DNA of 64,000 bases, taken from assembly GCA_910587325.1 (NCBI GenBank), contig CAJUKB010000004.1:16988-80987 (forward strand). Direction: 5' to 3'. Source of the stretch: an uncultured Bacilli bacterium (GTDB lineage: Bacteria; Bacillota_I; Bacilli_A; RF39; UBA660). The notes under the pieces were generated by a model that did not search any database, was not told where the DNA came from, and saw only the letters and a program-made list of their open reading frames with translations. How positions within the stretch are numbered: the stretch's first letter is position 1; every line of letters starts with the position of its first letter. Below are positions 38,847 through 47,244 of the stretch, piece after piece. The translations under genes and the position numbers were made by a program.

Positions 38847-39686
38847 CTATTCTCCTTCTCTCATGTATTTTTCTAATAGGATTAACGATTTTAGTCTTTC
38901 TTGTTCACGAAATAATTTTTTTTCACGTTTGCTTTTTAACGTTGCTTTTAGGGAAGCACCTTCTTTATGATAAACTTCTAAATTTGGATCATAAACGCTG
39001 ATTAAATTATCTTTTTTTATTCTCTCGTATAAAAAATCTTCTTCATGGTATAAGAAAGTTTCTTTATAAAAAGGCTCTTTGTATTTTTCTAAATATTTTT
39101 TTGAGAATATGAGAGCACAACCATGAAGAGGCACTTGTTCTTGTAAATATTTCCCATTTGTCATTTTCACTGGTTTTTTAATTACATGTTTTAGTGTAAT
39201 ATACATTTTTAAAAGAGAAGTTAATAAATCATTTTCATATATTTTGATTAGTTTTCTAGTGTAGGTGATTTCTTTTAAGACCACTTCTCTACTTTCTAGA
39301 GCAGGAAATGGATTGCAAGAATCTCCTGGAGAAATAATTTTTCCTCCTAACATATCAAATTGATATTTCTTGTAATCTTCTTTTATAATGTCAATAAAAT
39401 TTTCTTGGTTAATCACGATATCGTTGTTGATAACTACCACAAATTTGGCGTCATATTTTTCTTTAGCAAGAAGAATTCCTTGATTGTTTGCTTTGGCAAA
39501 ACCTAGATTTTCTTCTAGTAAAAGTAAATCATTGACTTCTTTTTCTAAATTTTTGGATTCTTCTTCATTTAAAGTATGGTTATCCACAACAATAATTTTT
39601 TTTCTTCCTTTTAATTTTTTAATGGAAGCAATACATTCTTTTGTATCGCTAAGATTGTTGTAATGTAAAATGACAAATGTTATCAA
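38847..39686 (-). CDS. GT2 glycosyltransferase
   Basis: 279 aa. ITFVILHYNNLSDT...VVDNHT...NND motifs. Confidence 0.65.
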   Translation of the reverse strand: MITFVILHYNNLSDTKECIASIKKLKGRKKIIVVDNHTLNEEESKNLEKEVNDLLLLEENLGFAKANNQGILLAKEKYDAKFVVVINNDIVINQENFIDIIKEDYKKYQFDMLGGKIISPGDSCNPFPALESREVVLKEITYTRKLIKIYENDLLTSLLKMYITLKHVIKKPVKMTNGKYLQEQVPLHGCALIFSKKYLEKYKEPFYKETFLYHEEDFLYERIKKDNLISVYDPNLEVYHKEGASLKATLKSKREKKLFREQERLKSLILLEKYMREGE

Positions 39687-39688
39687 AA

Positions 39689-40468
39689 TTAAACCTCCTC
39701 TGCAAACCCCTTCGATAACTTTTTAAATATGAAATACCCGATGACACAAAATAGAAGACAACCTCCTATTAAAACCGCTAGCGATATTATATCAGGCATT
39801 TGTTTATAAAAGAAGATATCTCGATAAGAATTTATAATCGTCCCCATCGGATTTAATTTAATTAAGGTAGCAATTGGTGTTCCTGCAAACATTTCAGGAG
39901 AATATAAAATGGGAGTTGCGTAAAATAGCATATTTACAACAAAGTTGATAATGTACTCTAAGTCTCTTATATAAATATCAATGGCACTTGTAATAAAAAC
40001 AATTCCTAAAGAAAATAAAAATTGAGCAAGAACAACTACAGGAAGTAATAGAATGTAAGGGCTAAAACCTATACCAGAGCAAATAAGAAAAATACCAATA
40101 ATTAAACAAGAAATTAAGAAATTAATCATTCCACTTGTTACTACCGAAATAGGTAGAATTTCTCTTGGAAAGTATACTTTTTTTATAATCCCCGCATTTC
40201 CTAAAACGGTTGTTGTTCCAAGGGCAATCGAATTTGTAAACCATGTCCAGGGAAGAATTCCAATAATAATAAATGTTACATAGTGTGGCTCTGTACTTTT
40301 TAAAATAAAGGGGAAAACAATTGCATAGACAAGTGTCATTAAAAGTGGGTTTACAAAAGACCATAAAATTCCTAAAAAGGAACCCTTGTATTTGCCACGA
40401 ATTTCTTTTTTCACGTTTGTTTTTAAAAGTTCTCGATAGTTATATAATTCTTTAATCATCTTAACCAC
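39689..40468 (-). CDS. ABC-2 type polysaccharide/teichoic-acid export permease (Wzm/TagG-like)
   Basis: 259 aa, 6 TM helices, ABC-2 signature region. Overlaps the upstream ATPase gene. Confidence 0.7.
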   Translation of the reverse strand: MVKMIKELYNYRELLKTNVKKEIRGKYKGSFLGILWSFVNPLLMTLVYAIVFPFILKSTEPHYVTFIIIGILPWTWFTNSIALGTTTVLGNAGIIKKVYFPREILPISVVTSGMINFLISCLIIGIFLICSGIGFSPYILLLPVVVLAQFLFSLGIVFITSAIDIYIRDLEYIINFVVNMLFYATPILYSPEMFAGTPIATLIKLNPMGTIINSYRDIFFYKQMPDIISLAVLIGGCLLFCVIGYFIFKKLSKGFAEEV

Positions 40469-41189
40469 ACACCTTCATGTATTCGTCAATCACGTTTTCA
40501 TTTCCATCCATTTTGATTTTTCCTTCATGAATCCATACAAAACGCGTACATAATTTTTTTATAGACTCTAAACTATGGCTTACGATTACAATTGTTTTGT
40601 TACTATTTTTTAGTTCTTCTAATTTAGAAAAACACTTTTCTTGAAAATGAGCATCTCCTACGGCTAGGATTTCGTCAATTAAAAGTATTTCTGCATCTAC
40701 ATTAATGGCAACAGAAAACGCAAGTCGCATGTACATTCCTGATGAATAAGTACGAATAGGACTATCAATAAATTCTTTAAGTTCTGAAAATTCGATAATA
40801 TCTTCTAAACGTTTGTCTATTTCTTGTTTCGTTAAGCCAAATATAGCAGCATTAAAGTAAATATTTTCACGACCTGTAAAATCTGGATGAAACCCTGCCC
40901 CTAATTCTAGTAAAGAGGTTAACTTTCCTTCTGTTGTTATTTTTCCTCTTGTAGGATAAATAATTTTCGTCATTAGTTTTAAAAGAGTTGATTTTCCACT
41001 ACCATTGACGCCAATTAAGGCTACTGTTTCTCCTTTTTTGATATCTAAAGAAACATTTTCTAATACCGTATGAACATCCGCTTTTTTCTTATTCCAAAAT
41101 ACAAGTCTTTCTTTTAATGTGCTTGGTTTGTCATAGTAAAGTTTAAAGTTTTTTGTTACATCTTTTACAACAATTGCATTTTTAGGCAT
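40461..41189 (-). CDS. ABC transporter ATP-binding protein (Wzt/TagH-like)
   Basis: 242 aa. Walker A GVNGSGKST, ABC signature LSSGMYMRLA, Walker B LLIDE. Confidence 0.8.
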   Translation of the reverse strand: MPKNAIVVKDVTKNFKLYYDKPSTLKERLVFWNKKKADVHTVLENVSLDIKKGETVALIGVNGSGKSTLLKLMTKIIYPTRGKITTEGKLTSLLELGAGFHPDFTGRENIYFNAAIFGLTKQEIDKRLEDIIEFSELKEFIDSPIRTYSSGMYMRLAFSVAINVDAEILLIDEILAVGDAHFQEKCFSKLEELKNSNKTIVIVSHSLESIKKLCTRFVWIHEGKIKMDGNENVIDEYMKVCG

Positions 41190-41238
41190 GTCCTTACCTC
41201 CTAACTCTTCTATATAAGAATACCATTAATTTTTTAAT

Positions 41239-42393
41239 TTACCAAATTTTTTTGTAACTCTCTACTACTAGTTTCCATGTATATTCTTTTTTTATTCTAT
41301 CTTTGGCAAGATTCTCATATTTTTTGATTGTTTTGTCATCAAATTTTTCTACTTTTTCAATCTGTCTTTTTAAGTCTCCTTTTTGTTTGCTGAAATAGAA
41401 AGAAGACATCATACCAACTTCTACATTGTAAATTGCATTAAATAAAATATTTAATTTTGTGCTTGCTAGTGCTTCTAAAAGAGAAGGATTTGTTCCTCCT
41501 GCACTATGTCCATGAATATAAGCATAAGCATTTCGTCTTATGTAAAGAAGCGTTGCATGATCGTAAACGGAACCAATAAATTTAATTCTTGCATCACTCG
41601 AAAAGCACGTTTTCTTTTCTAGTTCTTTATAAAACTTATTTTCTTCTACATTGGATACAATGACTAAATCCCTTTTAGTATCGCTACTCATGAACTCTTT
41701 TATCATAAGTTCATAGTTATTTTCTGGTACAAATCGCCCGACAATTAGATAATAGTTATTTTCACTTATTTGATATTTTTTATACAATTCTTTAACAATA
41801 TTTGTTTTACACTCTTTTTCATTTAAATAGGCCCCGTAAGGAATAAAATAAGATGGTTTATGAAACTTTTTATATTTTGTATCTATGTATTCTTTAATCG
41901 CTTTTGAATCACTTATTATTCCATCACTGTGCTTAACCATACAGTATTCACTTATTTTAAAACACTTTTTTATCCACCATGCCCATTTATCACGCATCCA
42001 TTCAAGTCCATCAGGATTTAAATAAATTTTGATTCCTTTCTTTTTTAATGGACGTACTAAAAAAGGATAAAACGGCCCCATACGACAACCCAGTACGTAA
42101 ACCATTGAATTTTCTAAATTATTTTTTTTAATGTATTTTTTCATTCGTTTTAATGCTACTATTGCATAGATAAACATGGTTACAAATCCAACTTTAGGGG
42201 AATAGACTTGCAAACAAGAAACCTGATCTTTTTCGATTATTTTTTTATTCTCTTTTTTATTGTGAGTCAGTTCTGGAACATGAAACTTGGTATTTTTATC
42301 ACAATAGTTTTCTATTAAATTGGTTACAAAGGTTTCCCAACCCCCGTAATTAGATTTGTATCCACGTGCTCCAATTATTATAATATTTTTCAT
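41239..42393 (-). CDS. GT4 glycosyltransferase with a DUF1972-type N-terminal domain
   Basis: IIIIGARGYKSNYGGWETFV N-terminus and a C-terminal GT4 region. I take the start at the Met preceded by RBS AAGAGGAAA (42393). The ORF track's upstream Met is at 42417. Confidence 0.6.
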   Translation of the reverse strand: MKNIIIIGARGYKSNYGGWETFVTNLIENYCDKNTKFHVPELTHNKKENKKIIEKDQVSCLQVYSPKVGFVTMFIYAIVALKRMKKYIKKNNLENSMVYVLGCRMGPFYPFLVRPLKKKGIKIYLNPDGLEWMRDKWAWWIKKCFKISEYCMVKHSDGIISDSKAIKEYIDTKYKKFHKPSYFIPYGAYLNEKECKTNIVKELYKKYQISENNYYLIVGRFVPENNYELMIKEFMSSDTKRDLVIVSNVEENKFYKELEKKTCFSSDARIKFIGSVYDHATLLYIRRNAYAYIHGHSAGGTNPSLLEALASTKLNILFNAIYNVEVGMMSSFYFSKQKGDLKRQIEKVEKFDDKTIKKYENLAKDRIKKEYTWKLVVESYKKIW

Positions 42394-42404
42394 AGTTTTC
42401 CTCT

Positions 42405-43328
42405 TTAATAATTCCATTTTATTTTATTAAAGCAATTTATACCCCCCCCCCGTTTGAATTTGTTATAGAGATTACGAATTTTACTAATGTATGTCCAACT
42501 TTTGCTATTTAATATTTGTTTTAAAGAATCATGAGATTTAGTCAATTCATTATTTAATTTTTTTATTATTGTTTCTTGTTTTTGATTTTGCATTTTCATA
42601 TTATTGAAATCTTTTTCTAGTGTCGTTATTTTTTCATTTAGTTCCTTTATGATAACTTCTTTGCTTTTATTATGTTCGTGGATAAAAAAGTAATCGTTGT
42701 TATACCATAAAACATTTATGAATTGTACTTTTTTGTATTTGTGTTTCCAAAGGGAGTACATAAAGGAAAGTTGATCTCTTCTACTGTATCGTTTTACCAT
42801 ATTCCACCAACAATTTTGTACTTTTTTAATTTTGCTATTATTAGTTTTAAATGCAAAAAAATTATTAGCAGTAAGTCCATAATGTTCGGGAAAATTTTCT
42901 TTTTTTAAAAATGTCATTTCTTCCTCAATAATCTTTTTATCGTCTTTTTTCCAATCAATACATACTATTGCCTCTTCATAAATACAATCTCTATCGGAAT
43001 GGATAAGAGAAAAAAAGTCGTAATTTTTAAGGTCACATTCTTTTTTAATAAACTCACTAACTGGTTTTCTTAATTCTATATTAGCGTCCATATAAATGGC
43101 CAAATCATAATTTTTAAAGATTTCTTCACAACCAAGAATTTTGATTTTTCTTTCTAATCTAATGAAATCTAAGAGTTCTGGATTATCTAAGGACATAATT
43201 TTCCAAGTTTTGCTTTTAATGTTTGGGTTATTTGTAAAACAATAATAATCTATTTCTTTATCTATATACTTTATTTCTTTTAAGGTATCATAATCTCCAG
43301 TTATTGCTGTATATACCATAGTTTTCAT
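42405..43328 (-). CDS. Putative glycosyltransferase-like protein (DUF616/TOD1-MUCI70-like) with a coiled-coil C-terminus
   Basis: 307 aa. N-terminal AITGDYD motif. The C-terminal Gly-Gly-Gly is encoded by the G10 tract. Confidence 0.4.
   Translation of the reverse strand: MKTMVYTAITGDYDTLKEIKYIDKEIDYYCFTNNPNIKSKTWKIMSLDNPELLDFIRLERKIKILGCEEIFKNYDLAIYMDANIELRKPVSEFIKKECDLKNYDFFSLIHSDRDCIYEEAIVCIDWKKDDKKIIEEEMTFLKKENFPEHYGLTANNFFAFKTNNSKIKKVQNCWWNMVKRYSRRDQLSFMYSLWKHKYKKVQFINVLWYNNDYFFIHEHNKSKEVIIKELNEKITTLEKDFNNMKMQNQKQETIIKKLNNELTKSHDSLKQILNSKSWTYISKIRNLYNKFKRGGGINCFNKIKWNY
42442..42451. repeat. C10/G10 homopolymeric tract inside the 3' end of CDS 42405-43328, followed on the minus strand by TATAAA
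   Basis: Encodes RGGGI 16 codons before the stop. On the minus strand G10-TATAAA lies 42-60 nt upstream of the ATG of 41239-42393. Confidence 0.9.
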
Positions 43329-43332
43329 ATTT

Positions 43333-44181
43333 TCACCTCTTAATCCATTTTTCTATTTCTAAACCAAGTAAATAAATATAGTAAAAAATTCTTAATATTA
43401 ATAGTTTGAAGATATTCATTTTATTTATATATTTTTCATAATAATATTGACTTTTTTTTAAAATTTTAAACTTTTCTATTCGATTAATATTTTTATCCAC
43501 ACAAGCACTTAAAGCGTGAATAACTGTCACATTGTTATCAACATAAGTCGCATATCCTTTTTCTTTTAATTTTTTTGCCATAATAATTTCTTCGTAATAT
43601 AAAAAGGTATTTTCATCAAAATAGCCGATATCTTCTAAAACCGTTTTCTTTATAATGAAGAAACATCCCTTTACTACATCTACTTTGGTTAAATCTTTTT
43701 TATATTCTTCATTTTTGTACGTTAATAAAGACAGTTCAAAACGTCTAAAAAATGGAATATTGGCTACAAGTTCTGATAGAAATGTGGGTAATTTCCAACC
43801 ACGAGAAACACCAGTTGGTTCTTTTATATTGGGAGCAATGACTGCTACGTTGTTTTTTTCTAAATTTTCAACTAAATTCTTTATTTCTTTTTCTGTTACT
43901 ATGATATCTGGATTGGAAATAATAATATTATCTACATCATGATTTTTTATTAAATATTGAATTCCTACATTATTTCCAGAAGCGTATCCTTTATTTTCTT
44001 TTGCTTCCACTATTTTAATTTTGTGATTTTCAAATTGTTTTAATTCTTTTAGTGAATTATCAGTGCTTTTATTATCTACTATAATAATAACATCTAGTAT
44101 TTTATAATTTTTGATTTCTTCTAACATTAATTTTGTATTTTCACTATCATTATAATTTAGTATAACTATTCCATTTTTCAT
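43333..44181 (-). CDS. GT2 glycosyltransferase
   Basis: 282 aa. GIVILNYNDSENT...VDNKSTDNS...NPD motifs. RBS AGAGGGTAA. Confidence 0.7.
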   Translation of the reverse strand: MKNGIVILNYNDSENTKLMLEEIKNYKILDVIIIVDNKSTDNSLKELKQFENHKIKIVEAKENKGYASGNNVGIQYLIKNHDVDNIIISNPDIIVTEKEIKNLVENLEKNNVAVIAPNIKEPTGVSRGWKLPTFLSELVANIPFFRRFELSLLTYKNEEYKKDLTKVDVVKGCFFIIKKTVLEDIGYFDENTFLYYEEIIMAKKLKEKGYATYVDNNVTVIHALSACVDKNINRIEKFKILKKSQYYYEKYINKMNIFKLLILRIFYYIYLLGLEIEKWIKR

Positions 44182-44234
44182 ATTTTGTTACCCTCTTTAT
44201 TATTTTATCAAAAGAAGAAAAATCTGTCTATTTG

Positions 44235-44262
44235 TTTCCTAGAAATATGAATTTCTAGGAAA
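44235..44262. promoter_or_regulatory. Perfect 12-bp-arm palindrome TTTCCTAGAAAT-ATGA-ATTTCTAGGAAA, candidate operator
   Basis: Inverted repeat with a 4-bp centre, 54-81 bp upstream of the ATG of the first gene (44181) of the minus-strand glycosyltransferase operon. Confidence 0.4.
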
Positions 44263-44334
44263 GTTTTGACAAAAGAGAATTGTTGTTTTAATACTTCAAA
44301 TAAAAAAAGCACTAGTAATTATATCTAAAAAATA

Positions 44335-44888
44335 TGGCTCTAGATAATTTAGTGGGAATCTAAAATTAAAGATTTCTAAGTAAATAAAAGGGAAAATAGG
44401 TATTTTTTAGATTAATTTCAAAACACCTGTTTTTTTATGGAGAATACGCTTTATTTTTTTGCTTTTCTATCTTTTTTAGTTATTCCACTTATTTTTCCAT
44501 TCAATATGTACATTACCCTTAGTCTAAAAAATCAAAATTTTGATATCCAACTCCAACTCTTTTGATTACTTTTATTTTGTTGTTTAATCCTTCTGCAAAT
44601 CCATTACTAAGTCTTTCATCTATAAATGAATTTACTATTTAAGGTAACCAATTTTCTATTGTTTTATTTGCTTCTATCATTTCCTCCATTTCATAAATTT
44701 TTACTATTTCTGCCCATTCTCTTCATTCTATTTCTACATACTCGTAATTTGTTGTATATGATACATTAAAAAAAAGAGATAACTTTATTCGTTATCTCCT
44801 CACCTAATTTTCTAGTTATCATACAAAAAGTCCCCACTAAAATTTCTTGATGCTGATTTTTTTATCCCCACTAAATTATCTAGAGCCA
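44335..44888. mobile_element. ISL3-family derived non-autonomous (MITE-like) element of about 550 bp
   Basis: 22-bp perfect terminal inverted repeats TGGCTCTAGATAATTTAGTGGG at 44335-44356 and reverse-complemented at 44867-44888. GGCTCT is the typical ISL3 terminus. Flanking 8-bp near-identical direct repeats AAAAAATA/AAAACATA. An internal minus-strand remnant SNGFAEGLNNKIKVIKRVGVGYQNFDF matches an ISL3 transposase C-terminus. Confidence 0.55.
44767..44798 (-). terminator. Rho-independent terminator (GAGATAAC-loop-GTTATCTC plus T8), probably terminating the lic operon
   Basis: 8-bp GC-containing stem with a 7-nt loop, followed by 8 T on the minus strand, downstream of the BCCT gene stop (44988) and inside the ISL3 remnant. 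Confidence 0.55.
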
Positions 44889-44987
44889 AAAACATAGAAA
44901 CGTAGCGTAAAAAGGTGAGCGTTATCTAACTCTCGATAACACATAACTTATGCAAATATTCTTTTTACAGATTTTTCAATAAAGAGT

Positions 44988-46517
44988 TTATTCTTTTTTG
45001 TTGTTTTTAGTAGGTTCTTCTAAATACCGTTTAGCGTCTTTAATAAAACTAATCACAATCATAATTATCACTATTCCTATTGGAAAAGCCGCGACTATGC
45101 TCACAGATTGTAAATTATTCATAGAACTTTGTGAAAATACCAAAGCGATTGGTAATAAAATTAATAAGATGCACCATATTAATTGCATCATTCTATGCGG
45201 TTTTTCATCTTTAGCAAGTTTGTGATAACTATAGCATGATGCCGTATAAGCAATGGAATCGAAAGAAGTTGCGTAAAATGCAATCATTGTAATTAATAAT
45301 AATATTAAAATAAACGGAAAACATGGAATGGTTTTAATTATAGAAATAATAATATTATAAATATCTCCACCATTTTGATACATTGCCACAAAATCAAATT
45401 GCCCACTCATTTGAAGGCCTAAAGAATGATTTCCTAATATTATAAAACTAATAATTGTAGACCCTACACCAAAGATATATCCCCCAATAATCGTTTGTTT
45501 AACAGTTCTTCCTTTTGATATATTACCAATAAAAAAGGGAGCAGCAACACACCAAACCATCCAATAAGCCCAATAATAAATTGTCCAATTTTGTGGAAAA
45601 CTTGTTTCTCTTAAAGGATCTGTTGTCGTCGATAATCCTATAAAATTTTCTATCATTCGTCCTAATGAAGAGAAACCATTTTCAATAATAAATCGCCCTT
45701 GTCCTCCAAAAAATAAAACAAATAATAAAATACCAAAAAATAAATAAATACAAATTTTTGCAAGTAAACTCATTCCTTTAAATCCATGTAAAAGCGTATA
45801 CGTATATACAATACAAGTTATTAAAAGAATAATTATGGTAATTACTGTCCTGCTTATGGTTATATGAAATACTTCTCCAATAATTGCAGCCATTAAAGGA
45901 GTAGCAACGCTAAATGTTGTAGCAGTTCCAGCAAGTAATGCAAATACTGCTAGCAAATCTACTATTCTTCCTGGTAATTTATCTGTAAATTTTCCAAGTA
46001 AAGGCCTACACGCTTCTGAATATTTTTGTTTTTCTCTTTTTCTTACATGTAACATAAAGCCAAAAGCAATTGCAAGAACTAAATAAAAACTCCACGGAAT
46101 AAAACTCCAATGAAATATTGGAAATACGCTTGCCCAATCTTCCATATTTCCTAAATGCGCAATATGACTTTCTCCTGCATACATAATCCATTCCGAAAAT
46201 GAATAGAATAAGATGTCTGCCGCAAGTCCACACGTAAACATCATAGCCCCCCAAGTAAAGAAGGAATATTTTGGTTTTTCATTTTTTTTGCCTAATACAA
46301 TATTTCCATACTTCGAAAACGCAATAATTAAGGACAAAATAAATATCCCTAAACCCATTATCAAATAATATACACCAAAAGTATCCCCAAAAATAAATCT
46401 AATTTTACTTAAAACTAGATTAGATTCTGTAGGTAGAAAAATAAATAGGACGCATAGAGCAATAATTAAAACAAGTGGCATTAAAGTGATTAGCCAATCA
46501 ATTTTCTTTGTTTTCAT
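44988..46517 (-). CDS. BCCT-family (betaine/carnitine/choline) transporter, probable choline importer
   Basis: BCCT signature WTIYYWAYWMVWCVAAPFFIGNISKGRT, about 12 TM helices. Start taken at the internal Met MKTKKIDWL. The ORF track starts at 46565. Confidence 0.7.
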   Translation of the reverse strand: MKTKKIDWLITLMPLVLIIALCVLFIFLPTESNLVLSKIRFIFGDTFGVYYLIMGLGIFILSLIIAFSKYGNIVLGKKNEKPKYSFFTWGAMMFTCGLAADILFYSFSEWIMYAGESHIAHLGNMEDWASVFPIFHWSFIPWSFYLVLAIAFGFMLHVRKREKQKYSEACRPLLGKFTDKLPGRIVDLLAVFALLAGTATTFSVATPLMAAIIGEVFHITISRTVITIIILLITCIVYTYTLLHGFKGMSLLAKICIYLFFGILLFVLFFGGQGRFIIENGFSSLGRMIENFIGLSTTTDPLRETSFPQNWTIYYWAYWMVWCVAAPFFIGNISKGRTVKQTIIGGYIFGVGSTIISFIILGNHSLGLQMSGQFDFVAMYQNGGDIYNIIISIIKTIPCFPFILILLLITMIAFYATSFDSIAYTASCYSYHKLAKDEKPHRMMQLIWCILLILLPIALVFSQSSMNNLQSVSIVAAFPIGIVIIMIVISFIKDAKRYLEEPTKNNKKE

Positions 46518-47244
46518 TTTTTTCGCCTGCTTTCTTAAAATTAGCGTAACTGTTATCAATTGCAATTAATTCTTGATAATTATCTATTTCTACTATATCT
46601 TCCTTTTCTATTTCATAAACGTGTAAATCAAATTCTTCAGGATAACAAAACATTGCAATATTATCCCAATAAATGGTAGTATTGTTTTTATTTATGAACT
46701 CTTCTTCCACATATTTTTTTAATTTTTTTCCATCTTCTTTTGTCCATCTTGAAATGCTCCACAAACGGTATCCATCTTTTCCACCCTCAATACTACAATT
46801 TGTAATTTTTCCACAGTTATCAGTTTGCAAAAACCACTCATTTGTATATTCTTTGCACCACGAACAACTATATCCAGATTTTTCAAAGTATGGATTTAAT
46901 ATGCTTGGATTTTTAATTATTAAGTCGGCGTCTGTAATAATAATTTCTTCTAAAAATTCTCTAGCAACATACAAAGAAGAAATATTGTTGGTTTCTTCAT
47001 AATATTTATTTTCAATTAATTTTATATTCGGATAGTCTTCTAACAAAATATTAAATTTATCTTTTAGGTATCCAACAACAATATATATTTCTTGTATTCC
47101 ATTTTGGTATAAACCCTTTATAATAGTATCAATCATTCTTACGCCATTTACTCTTATTAATGGTTTTGGCGTTTCAATTGTAACAGGGTTTAATCTGCTT
47201 CCCTTGCCCGCTGCTAAAATAAGGGCTCTTTTTATTTTATTCAT
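46498..47244 (-). CDS. licC: CTP:phosphocholine cytidylyltransferase (LicC-like nucleotidyltransferase)
   Basis: 248 aa. ALILAAGKGSRL nucleotidyltransferase motif, in the same operon as a choline kinase and LicD. Confidence 0.65.
   Translation of the reverse strand: MNKIKRALILAAGKGSRLNPVTIETPKPLIRVNGVRMIDTIIKGLYQNGIQEIYIVVGYLKDKFNILLEDYPNIKLIENKYYEETNNISSLYVAREFLEEIIITDADLIIKNPSILNPYFEKSGYSCSWCKEYTNEWFLQTDNCGKITNCSIEGGKDGYRLWSISRWTKEDGKKLKKYVEEEFINKNNTTIYWDNIAMFCYPEEFDLHVYEIEKEDIVEIDNYQELIAIDNSYANFKKAGEKNENKEN

Noticed and set aside
44335-44888. IR-flanked ~500-bp segment read as an invertible promoter switch (fim-type inverton)
   Set aside because: No recombinase gene is nearby. The IR begins with the ISL3-type GGCTCT terminus, the segment has 8-bp target-duplication-like flanks, and the interior carries transposase remnants. 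An IS-derived miniature element is the more economical explanation. Inversion is still testable.
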